Positions 25,082-36,526 of a stretch of DNA of 64,000 nt are shown here, piece after piece. The notes beneath the pieces were generated by a model. That model was not told where the DNA came from. It saw nothing but the letters and a program-made list of their open reading frames with translations, and did no database searches. The translations under genes were made by a program, and so were the position numbers. This DNA comes from Podarcis cretensis. Its lineage: Eukaryota. Position 1 is the stretch's first letter. The number at the start of each line of letters is the position of its first letter. Location of the stretch: the NCBI GenBank assembly GCA_951804945.1, contig OX638162.1:25358001-25422000 (forward strand), in the 5' to 3' direction.

Positions 25082-26655
25082 CATGCAATTTTGCCCAATG
25101 TACATATTTTTAAATTATTATTATAAGCATTCCTGTGTACATTTATCTGTATTAGATACACTTTGGAGCGTATTGCCTGGTTGGAGAATTGCATTGCAAA
25201 ATTCAAGGAAGTGAGAATTTTAAAGGATGGCTGCATGGCAGTTCACGTATTGTTTCAGGAAGTGCGAATTAGGTAGAGTCACAATATAAATGTGAGCTGA
25301 ACCAAAATTCCCCACCCCACAATCCCACTTACAGGCTGAGCTCTCTGCATAATATCAGTATGAAGAACAATGCACAGTCCTTCCGGATCAGGTCCTGCTT
25401 AACCAGAGGTGCAGCGGCCAAGGGTTAAAGACTTGTTACTATTTCTGCAACAGGGTTCATGTCTCCAGCATCCTAGGGTTGGCCAATCAGCATGAAAGGT
25501 GGAGCCCTTTAGCCACTGAGAAGAAGCCGTCTCACCTTTTGTGCTGGTTGGAACCAAACACAGTGAAAAGAGGTGAGTCAGCCAGTGAGGATTGGCTCCT
25601 TGGGTCAATCTGGAGAAGGCAACCAGGAAAGAAGTTATCCCGTATGCTCCAGAGCTAAGCATTTAGGAACACAGGCAAAAACAAGGTCCTTCGGTTTCCA
25701 GAGAATAGTGTGGCAAGTTATGTCAAATACAATGAAACTTCAAAGCTTCAAAAGAAGATATCTGAGCACTCCAAATCATTTGCCCAGAAAATAGTTGATC
25801 TAGCTGAAAGTCAACCTGTGGAGAGCTGCAATGGTTGTTGCAACGCACCCATAAGTACAATTATTGTGTAATTATAAGATTGTTGTATAATCTTAAAAGG
25901 TTGTATAATGGTATGGCTATGAGAGCACTCAGCTGTGACAATTTCTGAATTTGCCACTACACTACTTGACTTGACTTAAAAGGGCCCAACTTCCTCGCCT
26001 ATTGCAAAAGAGCAGAGTGGTTTCTTATCTTTCTGGGTCTTTTGCAGTTGAGTCCTCCAGGGAAGTTAGGGCCACATCCTGGCTCCCCGGGCTCATCTGA
26101 TAGTAGGGTTTCTGTGTACCCTTCTCCTTCGGGTTATATGTATTATTTATTCTCTACACTCTCCTCCTCTACCTGATGAAGAGAACTCTTGGTCCCTGAC
26201 AAAAACCCTGTCAAGCCTGCTCACTTTTTGTTTGTTTTGGTGCTTTGCTGATCGGTTGGCAAACCCACGCAGCCCCCCATCTATCAGAATTTCAGTAGTT
26301 GTGTGTTAACACAGCTCAAATAGCCTCACAGCTGAAGACGAAACGTGCATCCAGTTATCAAGATTTTGTACAAGTTGTACTGCAGATCAAGGCTGAAGCA
26401 ACAGATAAGCAAACGGGGCTAGAAAATAACTTGGGGGTGGGGGAGAGACGAGAGAGCAATTCTGCTAGAATGAACCAGAAGCAATAACAACAAAAGGTGT
26501 AAGGGATATAATATTTTGGACTTTCCCCCCATTTGTGATTGTATATCGCCACCTACAGGAATTTCCCGCCTCTCCCCTCATTGAAAACTGTATAAAGATT
26601 ATGGCTGATGCTTCTAGACTATTTCACAAAGTTATTTAACAGGGAACTCAATTGG

Positions 26656-26657
<2 letters not shown>

Positions 26658-26690
<33 letters not shown>
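26658..26690. repeat. (GT)n microsatellite
   Basis: Read directly from the sequence. Confidence 0.96.
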
Positions 26691-26694
<4 letters not shown>

Positions 26695-27041
26695 GTGTAA
26701 GGGCCAGGATTTCCCGCCAGACATAGAATGAAGCATTTTGACTAGGCCAGTTGTAATAAATGAACACTTCTTAGCATTGACTCAAGATTCATTTCAAGTG
26801 TTCAGAGCCTTTCATGTGAATTCCCTCAACAATGTGCTCACAACTAGCCCCAAATTGTGGTAGCAAATTATGTGGGGGTGGGGTGGAAGATGTTTATTTA
26901 ACTTCATTAAATAAAAAAAATTAATTATTTTTTTTAAAAAAAAGAATTAAATTTATTAGTCTCTTGTCACCCAAAAGGTTTCCAAATGACTTGCCCTGGG
27001 AAAAAATACATTTTTTTCTGTCATCAACATAGGAATATGTA

Positions 27042-27772
27042 CCGTATTTTTCGCCCTATAGGACGCACCGGCCCATAGGACGCACCTAGTTTTTTGGGGG
27101 GGAAATCAAGGAAAAAATTTTTATTTCCCCCCCAGGTTTGCAGAGCCATCCCCAAGCTAGAAGAGGGAAACGGAGTGCTCTGTCTCCCTCTTCTGCCTTC
27201 AGGGACAGCCTCTCTAGCCTCCGTGGGGCAGCGGCTTACCCCGCTGTCCCCCGTGCTTGTGGGGCTGGCGGGGGGGGGAGAAGCAAACTTGCTCCCCCCC
27301 CCCCGCCAGCCTCCAGATCAGGTCCGGGAACAGCGGGGTGGCGGCGCTCCGCCTCCCCGCTATCCCCCGGGCTTGTGGGGCTGGAGGGGGGGGAGAAGCA
27401 AGCTTGCTTCTCCCCCCCCTGCCAGTCTCCAGATCAGGTCCAGGAATAGCTGGGTGGCGGTGCTCCGCCTCCCCGCTATCCCCCGAGCTTGTGGGGCTGG
27501 AGATGGGGAGAAGCAAGCTTGCTTCTCCCCCCGCGAGCCTCCAGACCAGATCGGGGAATAGTGGGGTGGCAGCGCTGTGCCTCCCAGCTGTCCCCCGAGC
27601 TTGTGGGCTGCAGGCTGCTGCCTGCAAGCCTTGCGAGCCCGTGGGACCTCCCGCCGGCTTGCAAGGCTTGCGAATAGCTTTATGAAGCCTGCATTCGCCC
27701 CATAGGACGCACACACATTTCCCCTTCATTTTTGGAGGGGGAAAAGTGTGTCCTATAGGGCGAAAAATACGG
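27042..27772. mobile_element. Tc1/mariner-type non-autonomous DNA transposon with an internal GC-rich tandem array
   Basis: TIR CCGTATTTTTCGCCCTATAGGAC at both ends, TA TSD, about 3.2 internal copies of a ~115-bp unit. Confidence 0.92.
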
Positions 27773-28256
27773 TAGTTAACTGAGCTACATGGAACTTTTC
27801 CATCAGTTCTGTATAGTTAAGAAAAATAGGCCATAGTCCTGTTAAAGTGTACAGAAATTATTATGGAAATTCCTTTCTTGCAGAAGCCAGAATGAGTAAT
27901 TCTCAGCCTTCTTGACTTTGCCAAGTTGGTGTCCCTCACCTGTTTGGAACTGCAGACTCCCATCAGCCCTGTCAGAGGTATCAAGTTGCCCCCAAGACTG
28001 AGGGGGCGCACACATGACATCACGTTGTCTGGAGGAGGATGAGAGATCTGGAGGAGCGGGCCACTGAAGCCGTGCCTCGCTCAGCTCTGTGCCCGGCCTC
28101 CTCTGGAGGACACTATGTTAACAAAGAAACAGAATCTGGCCTGTGTGAGCAGGTGGTGGGCTAACCCTTACTCGTAGGGTATCCATAGTGGGCTGCACTC
28201 CTCCAAGTCTCCCTCTTACTCTCTGTAAGTTTCCATGTGCATGCACACATACCACT

Positions 28257-29356
28257 TATAAGAACATAACAACAGCCTCCTGGATCAGACCAGTGGCCCA
28301 TCTAGTCCAACATTCTGTTCTCACCATGGTCTGTGGGAAAGCCATAAGCTCCTGCTCCAAGCACAACAGCACCCTCACCCCCTGCAAGCTAGACTTGAGC
28401 ACAACAGCAGTGCTCTGCTCACCTGCGATTCCTAGCCACTGGCATTCAAAGGCATAATGCCTCTGTTGCAGCTAGTAGCCCCTCATCGGGTTCTCCTCCA
28501 TGAATCTGCCTAATCCTCTTTTAAAGCCATCCGAGATGATGACCATCACTACCTCCTGTGGGAATGAATCCCATGGTTTAAGTACACACTGCATAAAGAA
28601 GTACTATGTTTTATTTGTCCTGAAACTTCCAACATTCAGCATCATTGGATGTCCATGAGGAAAAGTGTTACGAGGGAGAAAACCCTTTTTCTACCCATTT
28701 TCTCGATGCCATGCATACTTATATAAACTTCTATCAAGTCACCTCTAACTCAGCTTCTCTCTAAACTTGTTGTTTAGTCGTGTCCGACTCTTTGTGACCC
28801 CATGGACCAGAGCACACCAGGCACGCCTGTCTTCCACTGCCTCACACAATTTGGTCAAACTCATGCTGGTAGCTTCGAGAACACTGTCCAACCATCTTGT
28901 CCTCTGTTGTCCCCTTCTCCTTGTGCCCTCAATCTTTCCCAACATCAGGGTCTTTTCCAGGGAGCACTCAGAGCTGATTTCCTTAAGAATGGATACGTTT
29001 GATCTTCTTGCAGTCCATGGGACTCTTAAGAGTCTCCTACAGCACCATAATTCAAAAGCATCAATTCTTTGGCAATCAGCCTTCTTTATGGTCCAGCTCT
29101 CACTTCCATACATCACTACTGGGAAAACCATAGCTTTAACTATACGGACCTTTGTTGGCAAGGTGATGTCCCTGCTTTTTAAGATGCTGTCTAGGTTTGT
29201 CATTGCTCTCTCTAAACTAGAAGGTCCCAAATGCTGCAACCTTTCCTCCTAGGGTGGACCCTCCACCCCCTTTATCATTTTGGTTGCCCTTTTCTGAATC
29301 CTTTCCAACTCTACTGTATACTTTTGAGTTGTGGCAACCAGAACTGTACACAGCAT
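28257..29356 (-). mobile_element. CR1 3' fragment hosting a Bov-B insertion
   Basis: Tail ATAAGAACATAA at 28257 and CR1 3'UTR. The sequence resumes at 29219 colinear with the copy at 12400-12545. Confidence 0.85.
28768..29206 (-). mobile_element. Bov-B (RTE clade) LINE, 5'-truncated
   Basis: Translates to AMTNLDSILKSRDITLPTKVRIVKAMVFPVVMYGSESWTIKKA..IDAFELWC..HGVTKSRTRL. Has a (CAA) tail and a 12-bp TSD tctctctaaact (28756-67 and 29207-18). Confidence 0.95.
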
Positions 29357-31235
29357 AATGAGGGACATGCTGATAGTTTATACAGAGAAGCCAACAAAAT
29401 ATTTGGTACTGGTAACAAAATATTGGAATATCAGTATCAGAAACATTCCTCCTCCTATGATGGCAGCAATTCTCATTGGCTAGGCTTGTAAGGGCTGATG
29501 GAAGTTGTAGTTCAACAATACCTGGAGGGACAATGATTGTGCACACCTGTCATAGAGCACTCTATCCCCCCCCCTCACATAGGGCATTCTGACCCTTATT
29601 TCCAAAGCTCTCGACAGTTTGCCTGCCTAATGCAGCCACACCACCACTTGGAAGTTCTGCCTTAGCTTTAAGGTTTTAATAAAGAGAGAGGGAAAGAAAG
29701 AGGGAGACCCTGGCTACCTCGTCATATATTAAGAACCCTCACCTAAAAGTGCTGGGACTTTCATGCACCCATAAGGATTTCCTCACAACCACTCCCACAC
29801 TGCAGCCCCAAATATGATGAAAATGGGTGAGCCCAATTTTTTATCAAGTGGTTATCTGATTATCGAGAAACAAGTGGAATGATTTCCCAGGATGGAAAAT
29901 GAACCACCACATAATGTTGTGTTGGAGGAAAATGTGTTGTCAGCCCTAACATCTGGTGGCCCAATGACAAGGAGGGAACCAAAATGCATCTCCTGACACA
30001 AAGCACAGGAAGAATGTAAGAAGAGCCCTGGCAGATCATAAGAACATATCCACAGCCTCCTGGATCAGGCCATTGACCCATCTAGTCCAGCATCCTTGTT
30101 CTCACAGTGGCCAACCAGATGCCTGTGGAGAGCCTGCAAGCAACAGCCACTCTCTCCACTCATGATTCCTGGCAAGTGGGATTCAGAGGCAATCCTGAGA
30201 TACATGGTCTGACTTGGCACACAGCTGTTTCCCATGTCCTAAATCAGCCTCTCCCATGGGAGATGCAATAGCCCATAAGAACACAGGAAGAGTGATGCTG
30301 GACCAGGCCAAAGGCCCAATTAGTGCAACATCCTGTTCTCAGAGTAGCCAACCAGATGCCTCTGGGATTCCTGCAAGCAAGACCTGAGTCCTCTCCACAC
30401 CTGTTATTCTCAGAAAGTGATACTCAGGAGCCTACAGCTGCCAATGGTGGAGGTAAAACATAGCCATCATGGCTAGTATTCCCCATCCATTCTTGTAATA
30501 TAGAAGCTCTCCTCACTGCCACCACAAACATCAATAGGCATTTTATGGGTATTAAAATAAAGAGATGCAGTACATAAAAATAAATTCTGGCAACTATGGT
30601 GAGTAAAAAAAACACAAAACAATTCAAGGCGAGTGAAAAACAGCTCACAGACAGCACTGAGCCACAGAGGTGGGTGAAGGGACCACGATGGGGGGTTTCT
30701 CTCTCCAGAAAACATCGGATCAGGCAGCTAAAATTATTGCCGCCGTTCTCTTGTAACTGTCACCTGTGGTGGGTATAATTACAGGTTACTGCCGCCAGCA
30801 CGCCCACCTCATATGGCAGTAAAAAGGACCCACTGCTTGCCAAGCCCAGGCGCACAATGGAGAAGACGCACCATCTAACTGAGTCCAAAAAAGAGAACAG
30901 CCAGGGAGACTAATAAAAATGACAGCTTAGAAACAAAAGTGATAAAGCTCTGAAGCTTCGGAAACCAACCAACACACACACACACACACGCAAGCTAGCT
31001 AGTTGGCAATGTAAGTACTGAGCTCAGTTCTCTGACAGTTCAGGGCAATGCAAGCAGTTTGAATTGTCTCCTTGTTTCCTTTCTGCTGGGTTTGGGTTTT
31101 TTAGTTCTTCCTTCCTGCTGTAAAATGCTTGCACAAGTTATTAAGAGCCAGGAGGGTGGACCAAATCAGCAAAACAAAATGAAAGGCAGGACTAGCAAGC
31201 CACGAAGAGTATTCAAAATGGAACAAAGGTTAGCT

Positions 31236-31445
31236 TTGGAAAGGCTGTATCTCAGTGGTAGATCATCTGCTTTGCATGAAGAAGGTTCAGTCTCTGACAT
31301 CTCCATGTTCTCTGCATGAAACTTTGAAAAGGCACTGCCGGTCAGTGTAGACCATGGGTAGGCAAACTGAGGGACAGTGGAGCGGCCCCCTGCTGAAAAC
31401 TTTTGCTGACCCCTGCTGTAGACAATACTGAGGTAGTTGGATCAA
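31236..31445 (+). mobile_element. old tRNA-Ala-like SINE with a small nested hAT MITE; related copies near 53427, 57215 and 58360
   Basis: Head TGTATCTCAGTGGTAGATCATCTGCTTTGCATG. The insertion at about 31353-31415 is flanked by gtgtagac/ctgtagac. Confidence 0.6.
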
Positions 31446-32292
31446 AAGCATCACTCCATGTTTCTAAAAGCACCTTATTGCTCTCTCTTCCCAAGCACCA
31501 CAGCATCAATGCGCAAAAATAAAGGTATCCACCATTTGTGGCTCAGCACACTTGAGAGATCATGGGTGGCCAGTGTGGAACACTAGATAAATATGAAAAG
31601 CCTGATCCAGCAGGCTCTCCTTGTGTTCTTATGGGTAAGTTGCAATGTTCAGAGCAGCAAAAATATGACATATATAGGATCTGTACCACTTGTGTGGCCC
31701 ACCCAAGCTACAACTCTGCATGCACAGAAAATATAAATATGTTCATTGGAGGCACCACTTTGTCATGGGAGACAGAACTAGACCTGCCTCCCCCTCCAAA
31801 TCCTGTCCAGCCAGAACCTGGAGATCATCTACCTCCCCAAACTTTGGTGATGCTCACCAGAGGGGAGGGAGGAGCCAGGACTTCAGCCCCCACCAGAGGA
31901 GAAGGGGACCACCGCCTTCCCACTCTGCTCCTGTGTTGTAGCCTCCCTCTCCCATTCCTCCTCACCTTCCACCAGAGTCTGCCCTCCTGGGTATTACCCA
32001 AAGGGGCTGAGACACTCGTGACAGCATGCAAAATAATGGGGGATGACCATATGTTTGTAATGGGGAGAAGGGCTATAATTTATCAAATAGGAAGAGATGT
32101 ACATCAGAGGCCATGTACACAGACCATGACAGACATATAAAGCTTTTTCATATGATACTTATGAAGAGCCCTGCTAAGGGTCCAGCATCCCACAATGCTA
32201 TGGTTTCCCACAATGCCTATGGGAATCCCACAAACAGATGCCTATGGGAAGCCCACAAGGTGATAGCAGTTGAATGGTGGGGTACTAGTTAG

Positions 32293-32816
32293 TGTCAGAG
32301 ACTGGCTAAATGAGGAAGATTGATTGGTGGGAGTTGGGTGGGCTCCGAAGACTTAGATACCAGATTCTGGTGGTGGGAGACTGAAGAGAAATCTGCAGAA
32401 GAGACAAGCTGGGAGGTGGGTTGAGTGATCAAAGGGGGGTCATGAGAAGGAGGCCTTTCCAGGACACAGTTAGAGGCCGAAAGTCACAGCATGAGCACAG
32501 ACTGTCCCAGTCCTGCTGACTCTCCTCCCCCTCTGACACCCCGTTCGAGGAGAGACTTGCACATTTGCTGAGCAACAGATCAGGCAGGCCCAGAGGAGGA
32601 GCTCACCCCATCAATGCAGGTTTCCTCTGCTTGGGAAGGATCCAGACTGAAAGGCTAGAAGGAGAGGGTGCAGCTAGTGGTCAGTTTCAGTAACATCTCA
32701 GCTGGAGGACTCTGCTGCATTGTTATGTTCTGTTAATAAAGAGCTAATTGCATTCTGTGCCTCCCATGTGTGTGCCTGCCCTGTGTTTGACCTGGCTCGC
32801 TGACGGCTCCTTGACA
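32293..32816 (+). mobile_element. solo LTR, 524 bp, inserted in the head of a SINE
   Basis: TGTCA...TGACA termini, 5-bp TSD gttag (32288-92 and 32817-21), AATAAA at 32735-32740. Confidence 0.82.
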
Positions 32817-33018
32817 GTTAGAGTGCTGGACTAGGACCTGAGAGACCAGGGTTCAAATCCTCACTCTGCCATGAAGCTCACTGGGGAACATCAGGCCAGT
32901 CACTGCCTCTCAGTCGAGCTCACAGGGTTATTGTGGGTTAAATGAGGGAAAGAACCATGTGTGCCATATCTTGAGCCCCTTGGAGAAAAACGTGGGACAT
33001 AAACGCCATAAATAAATA
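32817..33018 (+). mobile_element. CORE/MIR-like (Squam3-like) SINE; similar copies at 13375-13520 (minus) and 57295-57476 (plus)
   Basis: GTTAGAGTGCTGGACTAGGAC..GGGTTCAAATCC..GCCATGAAGCTCACTGG..GGCCAGTCAC, with a (TAAA)n tail. Confidence 0.75.
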
Positions 33019-33127
33019 GTGTTCTGCCATAGGTGACCCCACTGTAACTGGTAGTCAGTAGCATGTTGCCTCTGAACTGAGAGGTTTTATATGTGGTCAA
33101 TAGTGATGGCCTTTTCCCTAAACTAAA

Positions 33128-33484
33128 TGTAAAGGTAAAGGGACCCGTGACCATTAGGTCCAGTTGTGGCCGTCTCTGGGGTTGCGGCGCTCATTTCGCT
33201 TTATTGGCCAAGGGACCCGGCGTACAGCTTCCAGGTCATGTGGCCAGCAATGACTAAGCCGCTTCTGGTGAACCAGAACAGTGCACGGAAACACTGTTTA
33301 CCTTCCCGTCGGAGCGGTACCTATTTATCTACATGCACTTTGACGTGCTTTCAAACTGATAGGTTGGCAGGAGCAGGGACCGAGCAACGGGAGCTCACCC
33401 CGTTGCAGGGATTCGAACCTCCGACCTTCTGATCGGCAAGTCGTAGGCTCTGTGGTTTAACCCACAGCGCCACCCACATCTCTC
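33128..33484 (-). mobile_element. Sauria SINE (type A) inserted in a CR1 remnant
   Basis: Full reverse-complement copy with a 15-bp TSD tttccctaaactaaa (33113-27 and 33485-99). Confidence 0.95.
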
Positions 33485-34564
33485 TTTCCCTAAACTAAAA
33501 AGTCCCAAATGCCGCAACTTTTCCACATAGCAGAGTTAGTCCATCCCCTTGAACATTGCCCTTTTCTAAACTTTTCCAATTCTACAGGGGGGTTTTTTCG
33601 AGGTGAGGTGACCAAGTCTATTTTAGGTGATGAACATGATTTTTATTTTGTTTTGTGAGAGTAGGAAATAAAGAAGTCTGCTACCAGATGGTGCCCTCTG
33701 ATTTCACGTTTAGAATTCAGTTGGACTGGTAAAAAAAAAAAAAAAATCTTTGACTTAGTTCAAAATTGGTGATGGGAATATGTCCTCCATCTGAGGGCCC
33801 CACCCTCAATATCTGCTATCTGAGGTGGCTGCCTAATGGTAGAGCTATCACTGTAGAAAACTCACATTGGTTCTCTCTATTTACCCTCCTGCATCATCAA
33901 GGCTGGTGAGGCCGCTTAAGCCTTCATTCAAGAAAGGCATATTTCATAAGAAAAAGCCCCAGCTTGCATACAAACTTGTCTGTACAGACTTTTAAAGGGC
34001 TGGAGTAAGGGTGGAGGAGAGACAGTCGAATACAACGTCCTTTTAATTTCCCTCATATTACAGTAATTGCATTAAGAAAACTGTAATTTCATTAAATGGC
34101 ATAATTACCATTAATACTTGGCAAACTGTCAATAGAAGGGGTAATTATTCCAGAGAAAAAATTATAAGCAGAATGTGCAACGATGCATAATTCCTCACAA
34201 CAGCAATTCAACGCTTAAAATTTACCTTTAAAATGTTTTTAAAATATGTATTACCCAGTGGTAGCAATTAGCTCCATGTGGCAGGCGTAACTTTCAGGAC
34301 CAAAAATCTGCAGAGGGAGCTTTTCAGCAGAGATTTAGAAGGCAATTCAAAGCAACTTCCCAAACACTATTAAAAGGAGGAATCTTGGAATATGTTTCAC
34401 TTTGCAATCATTAGGAGAAGCGCACACAAAAATGTGTATAAATTTTCATGCACTTTTGGGGTTTTTTAAAGAAAAGTTTGCAAACTTAAACAGGAATGCA
34501 ACAGACTGAACTTTTTGCATTGGATCAGATTGTTATTACATGTGTGATCTTTGCTGTCTATTTA

Positions 34565-34959
34565 CCGTATTTTTCGCCCTATAGGACGCACTTTTTCCCC
34601 TCCAAAAATGAAGGGGAAATCTGTGTGCGTCCTATGGGGTGAATGCAAGCTTTCACTGAAGCTTGGAGAGCGAGAGGGGTCGGTGAGCACCGACCCCTCT
34701 CGCTCTCCAGGCTTCAGGAAGCTATCAGCAAGCCTGGGGAGCCCGCGGGAGTTCCTGCAGGGCTCCCTAGCCTGCGGATAGCAGCCCGAAGCACCTACTA
34801 CTACTAGCACCTACTACGGTAGGTGCATTTTTAAAAGCTTGGGCTTCCCCCACCCAGCCCCGCGGCTGGGGGGGGAATAAAAAAAAATTATTTATTTTCC
34901 CCCCCAAAAAACTAGGTGCGTCCTATGGGCCGGTGCGTCCTATAGGGCAAAAAATACGG
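34565..34959. mobile_element. same Tc1/mariner MITE family as 27042-27772, opposite orientation, different interior
   Basis: Same TIRs and subterminal sequence, TA TSD, and an internal hairpin with 30-bp arms at 34656-34717. Confidence 0.92.
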
Positions 34960-35349
34960 TAGTTGTTTCTTCAGCTTGTAAACTGCCTTGGGTATAGTAA
35001 CACAGAAAGGCGGCATACAAATTGAAAGTGAAATGAAAATGAGCTCATGATTGGGGAAAATGAGAAATCGAGAGAAACTGAAAATTTACAGGTTCGGCCA
35101 TCCCTAGATCCTAGTCATGTACCTGCCCACCACCATACTAGCCAGCTGTTTCCATCAGAAGACAGAAAGCATCCTTACAAAAACAACTAAACATTAATAT
35201 ATGATCTATTAAAACAAAGAGATCATGAAAACGTATATGGAATTGTTTTTAATTGTTTTGTCATTGAGGCTCTTAACTGCGAGATTGCTTCAAGATATTT
35301 TGTGGGGTGAGACTCCTAAATGAAATCATATAAATTAAATATATGAATT

Positions 35350-35356
35350 TGTGTGC

Positions 35357-35389
<33 letters not shown>

Positions 35390-35401
35390 CGTGTGTGTGT
35401 G
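35350..35401. repeat. imperfect (TG)n microsatellite
   Basis: Read directly from the sequence. Confidence 0.95.
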
Positions 35402-36059
35402 GATGAGAGCGGAGGGTGTGGATTTGAAGTCACAATTGAAAAAAACAACAGTGGGATTTTGGCTGCTGGGACTTGCTGATGAGACTCTTTCCTATTTTTA
35501 TTTTCAACCAATATAGGCTAAAGAGTGAGAGAACCACCAAAGATGATGAGAATCAGGGCAGAATTATTTCCTGCATAGTTCTGTCAAGTGGCACACCCAA
35601 GAGCTGCTAGGGTGTAACCAAACCGTTAATTTAAAGAAAACGAGGCTTTGCAGAAACTCAGAGATGGAACGGAAAAGGTCTATCAACATATCCTGACAAA
35701 TCAGCCCAGAATCATATCCACCCACTAAGGGCAGGTCACAATTTAGGACCAGAACACAAACTTCTGCAAAATGAGCAAGTGACTCTGAATCAAGACTGAG
35801 AATTTATTTCAATAACACACCAAGATAATTTTATCAGTGGTGAACCATATACAGTTAAGTAATATGAATAATAATTATTAAAAAAAGGACAGTGCTGAAT
35901 TCTCTCTTGTTCTACTGCAGGGGTGAGGAACCCCATTCAGCACAAAGGGTGAGAAGTCTTCTTCTCCATATCTAAAAAGTGCCCCTTTCAGGCTGACTGG
36001 GGGGTTCCAGGACACTGCAAAAAAGGGTCTTGCTGCAGAAATAGTAATGGGTCTGTGAC

Positions 36060-36526
36060 TGTCAGGGACTGGACTGAGGAGGAATGGTGAGGACCACCGA
36101 CCCCTTCCTGAACCTTCCCAAGAACAGGAGGACAGTGTTGATTTAGAATAGTGGTTTGCAAAAGGTCATAGTTCAGAGGCTGCAGAGGGGAAGAGCTAGG
36201 AAATATTGGGAGAGTAGCAGGAAGAAAAAGCACCAGGGGAGAGACAGCTGACAGACTCAGTGTCTTTGGAAAGCATTTCTGAACCCCCCTCCAGGACCGG
36301 ACGTGCATTGAGAGTAGTAGAACAGAAAGCTCAGAGGCAAAAAGCACAGGTCAGCTAGCGCAGGGATGAAGTAGAAGAGGAGAGACAGAGGGATGGAACT
36401 TTACTTGGAGCTACGCCATTATCTGAGAGTCCGTCTCTCTCTGTGAATTTTGAATAAAATAGCATGGTAAGAACTTTTTGTTTTCCCATTGCTGGCTGCC
36501 AGCCGCGAGGGAGGGGGAGCCTGACA
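36060..36526 (+). mobile_element. solo LTR, 467 bp
   Basis: TGTCAGG...CCTGACA termini, 5-bp TSD gtgac (36055-59 and 36527-31), AATAAA at 36453-36458. Confidence 0.85.

Noticed and set aside
26165-26285. Possible second Penelope-like end with a hammerhead (CCTGATGAAGAGAACTC..TTGGTCC)
   Set aside because: The CUGAUGA box is present but the GAAA/stem III half is missing. At most a decayed remnant.
27239-27610. Palindromic repeats with regular spacing, superficially CRISPR-like
   Set aside because: The intervening sequences are themselves repeated (whole-unit tandem array), the context is eukaryotic, and there are no cas genes.
27094-27729. Stack of overlapping Pro/Gly/Ala-rich ORFs on both strands
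   Set aside because: An artefact of GC-rich tandem repeats inside a MITE.
31761-32023. TGTCA...TGACA-bounded segment as a fourth solo LTR, and the overlapping 192-aa ORF
   Set aside because: The flanks (cactt/gcatg) do not form a TSD, there is no poly(A) signal, and the ORF has no recognisable homology.
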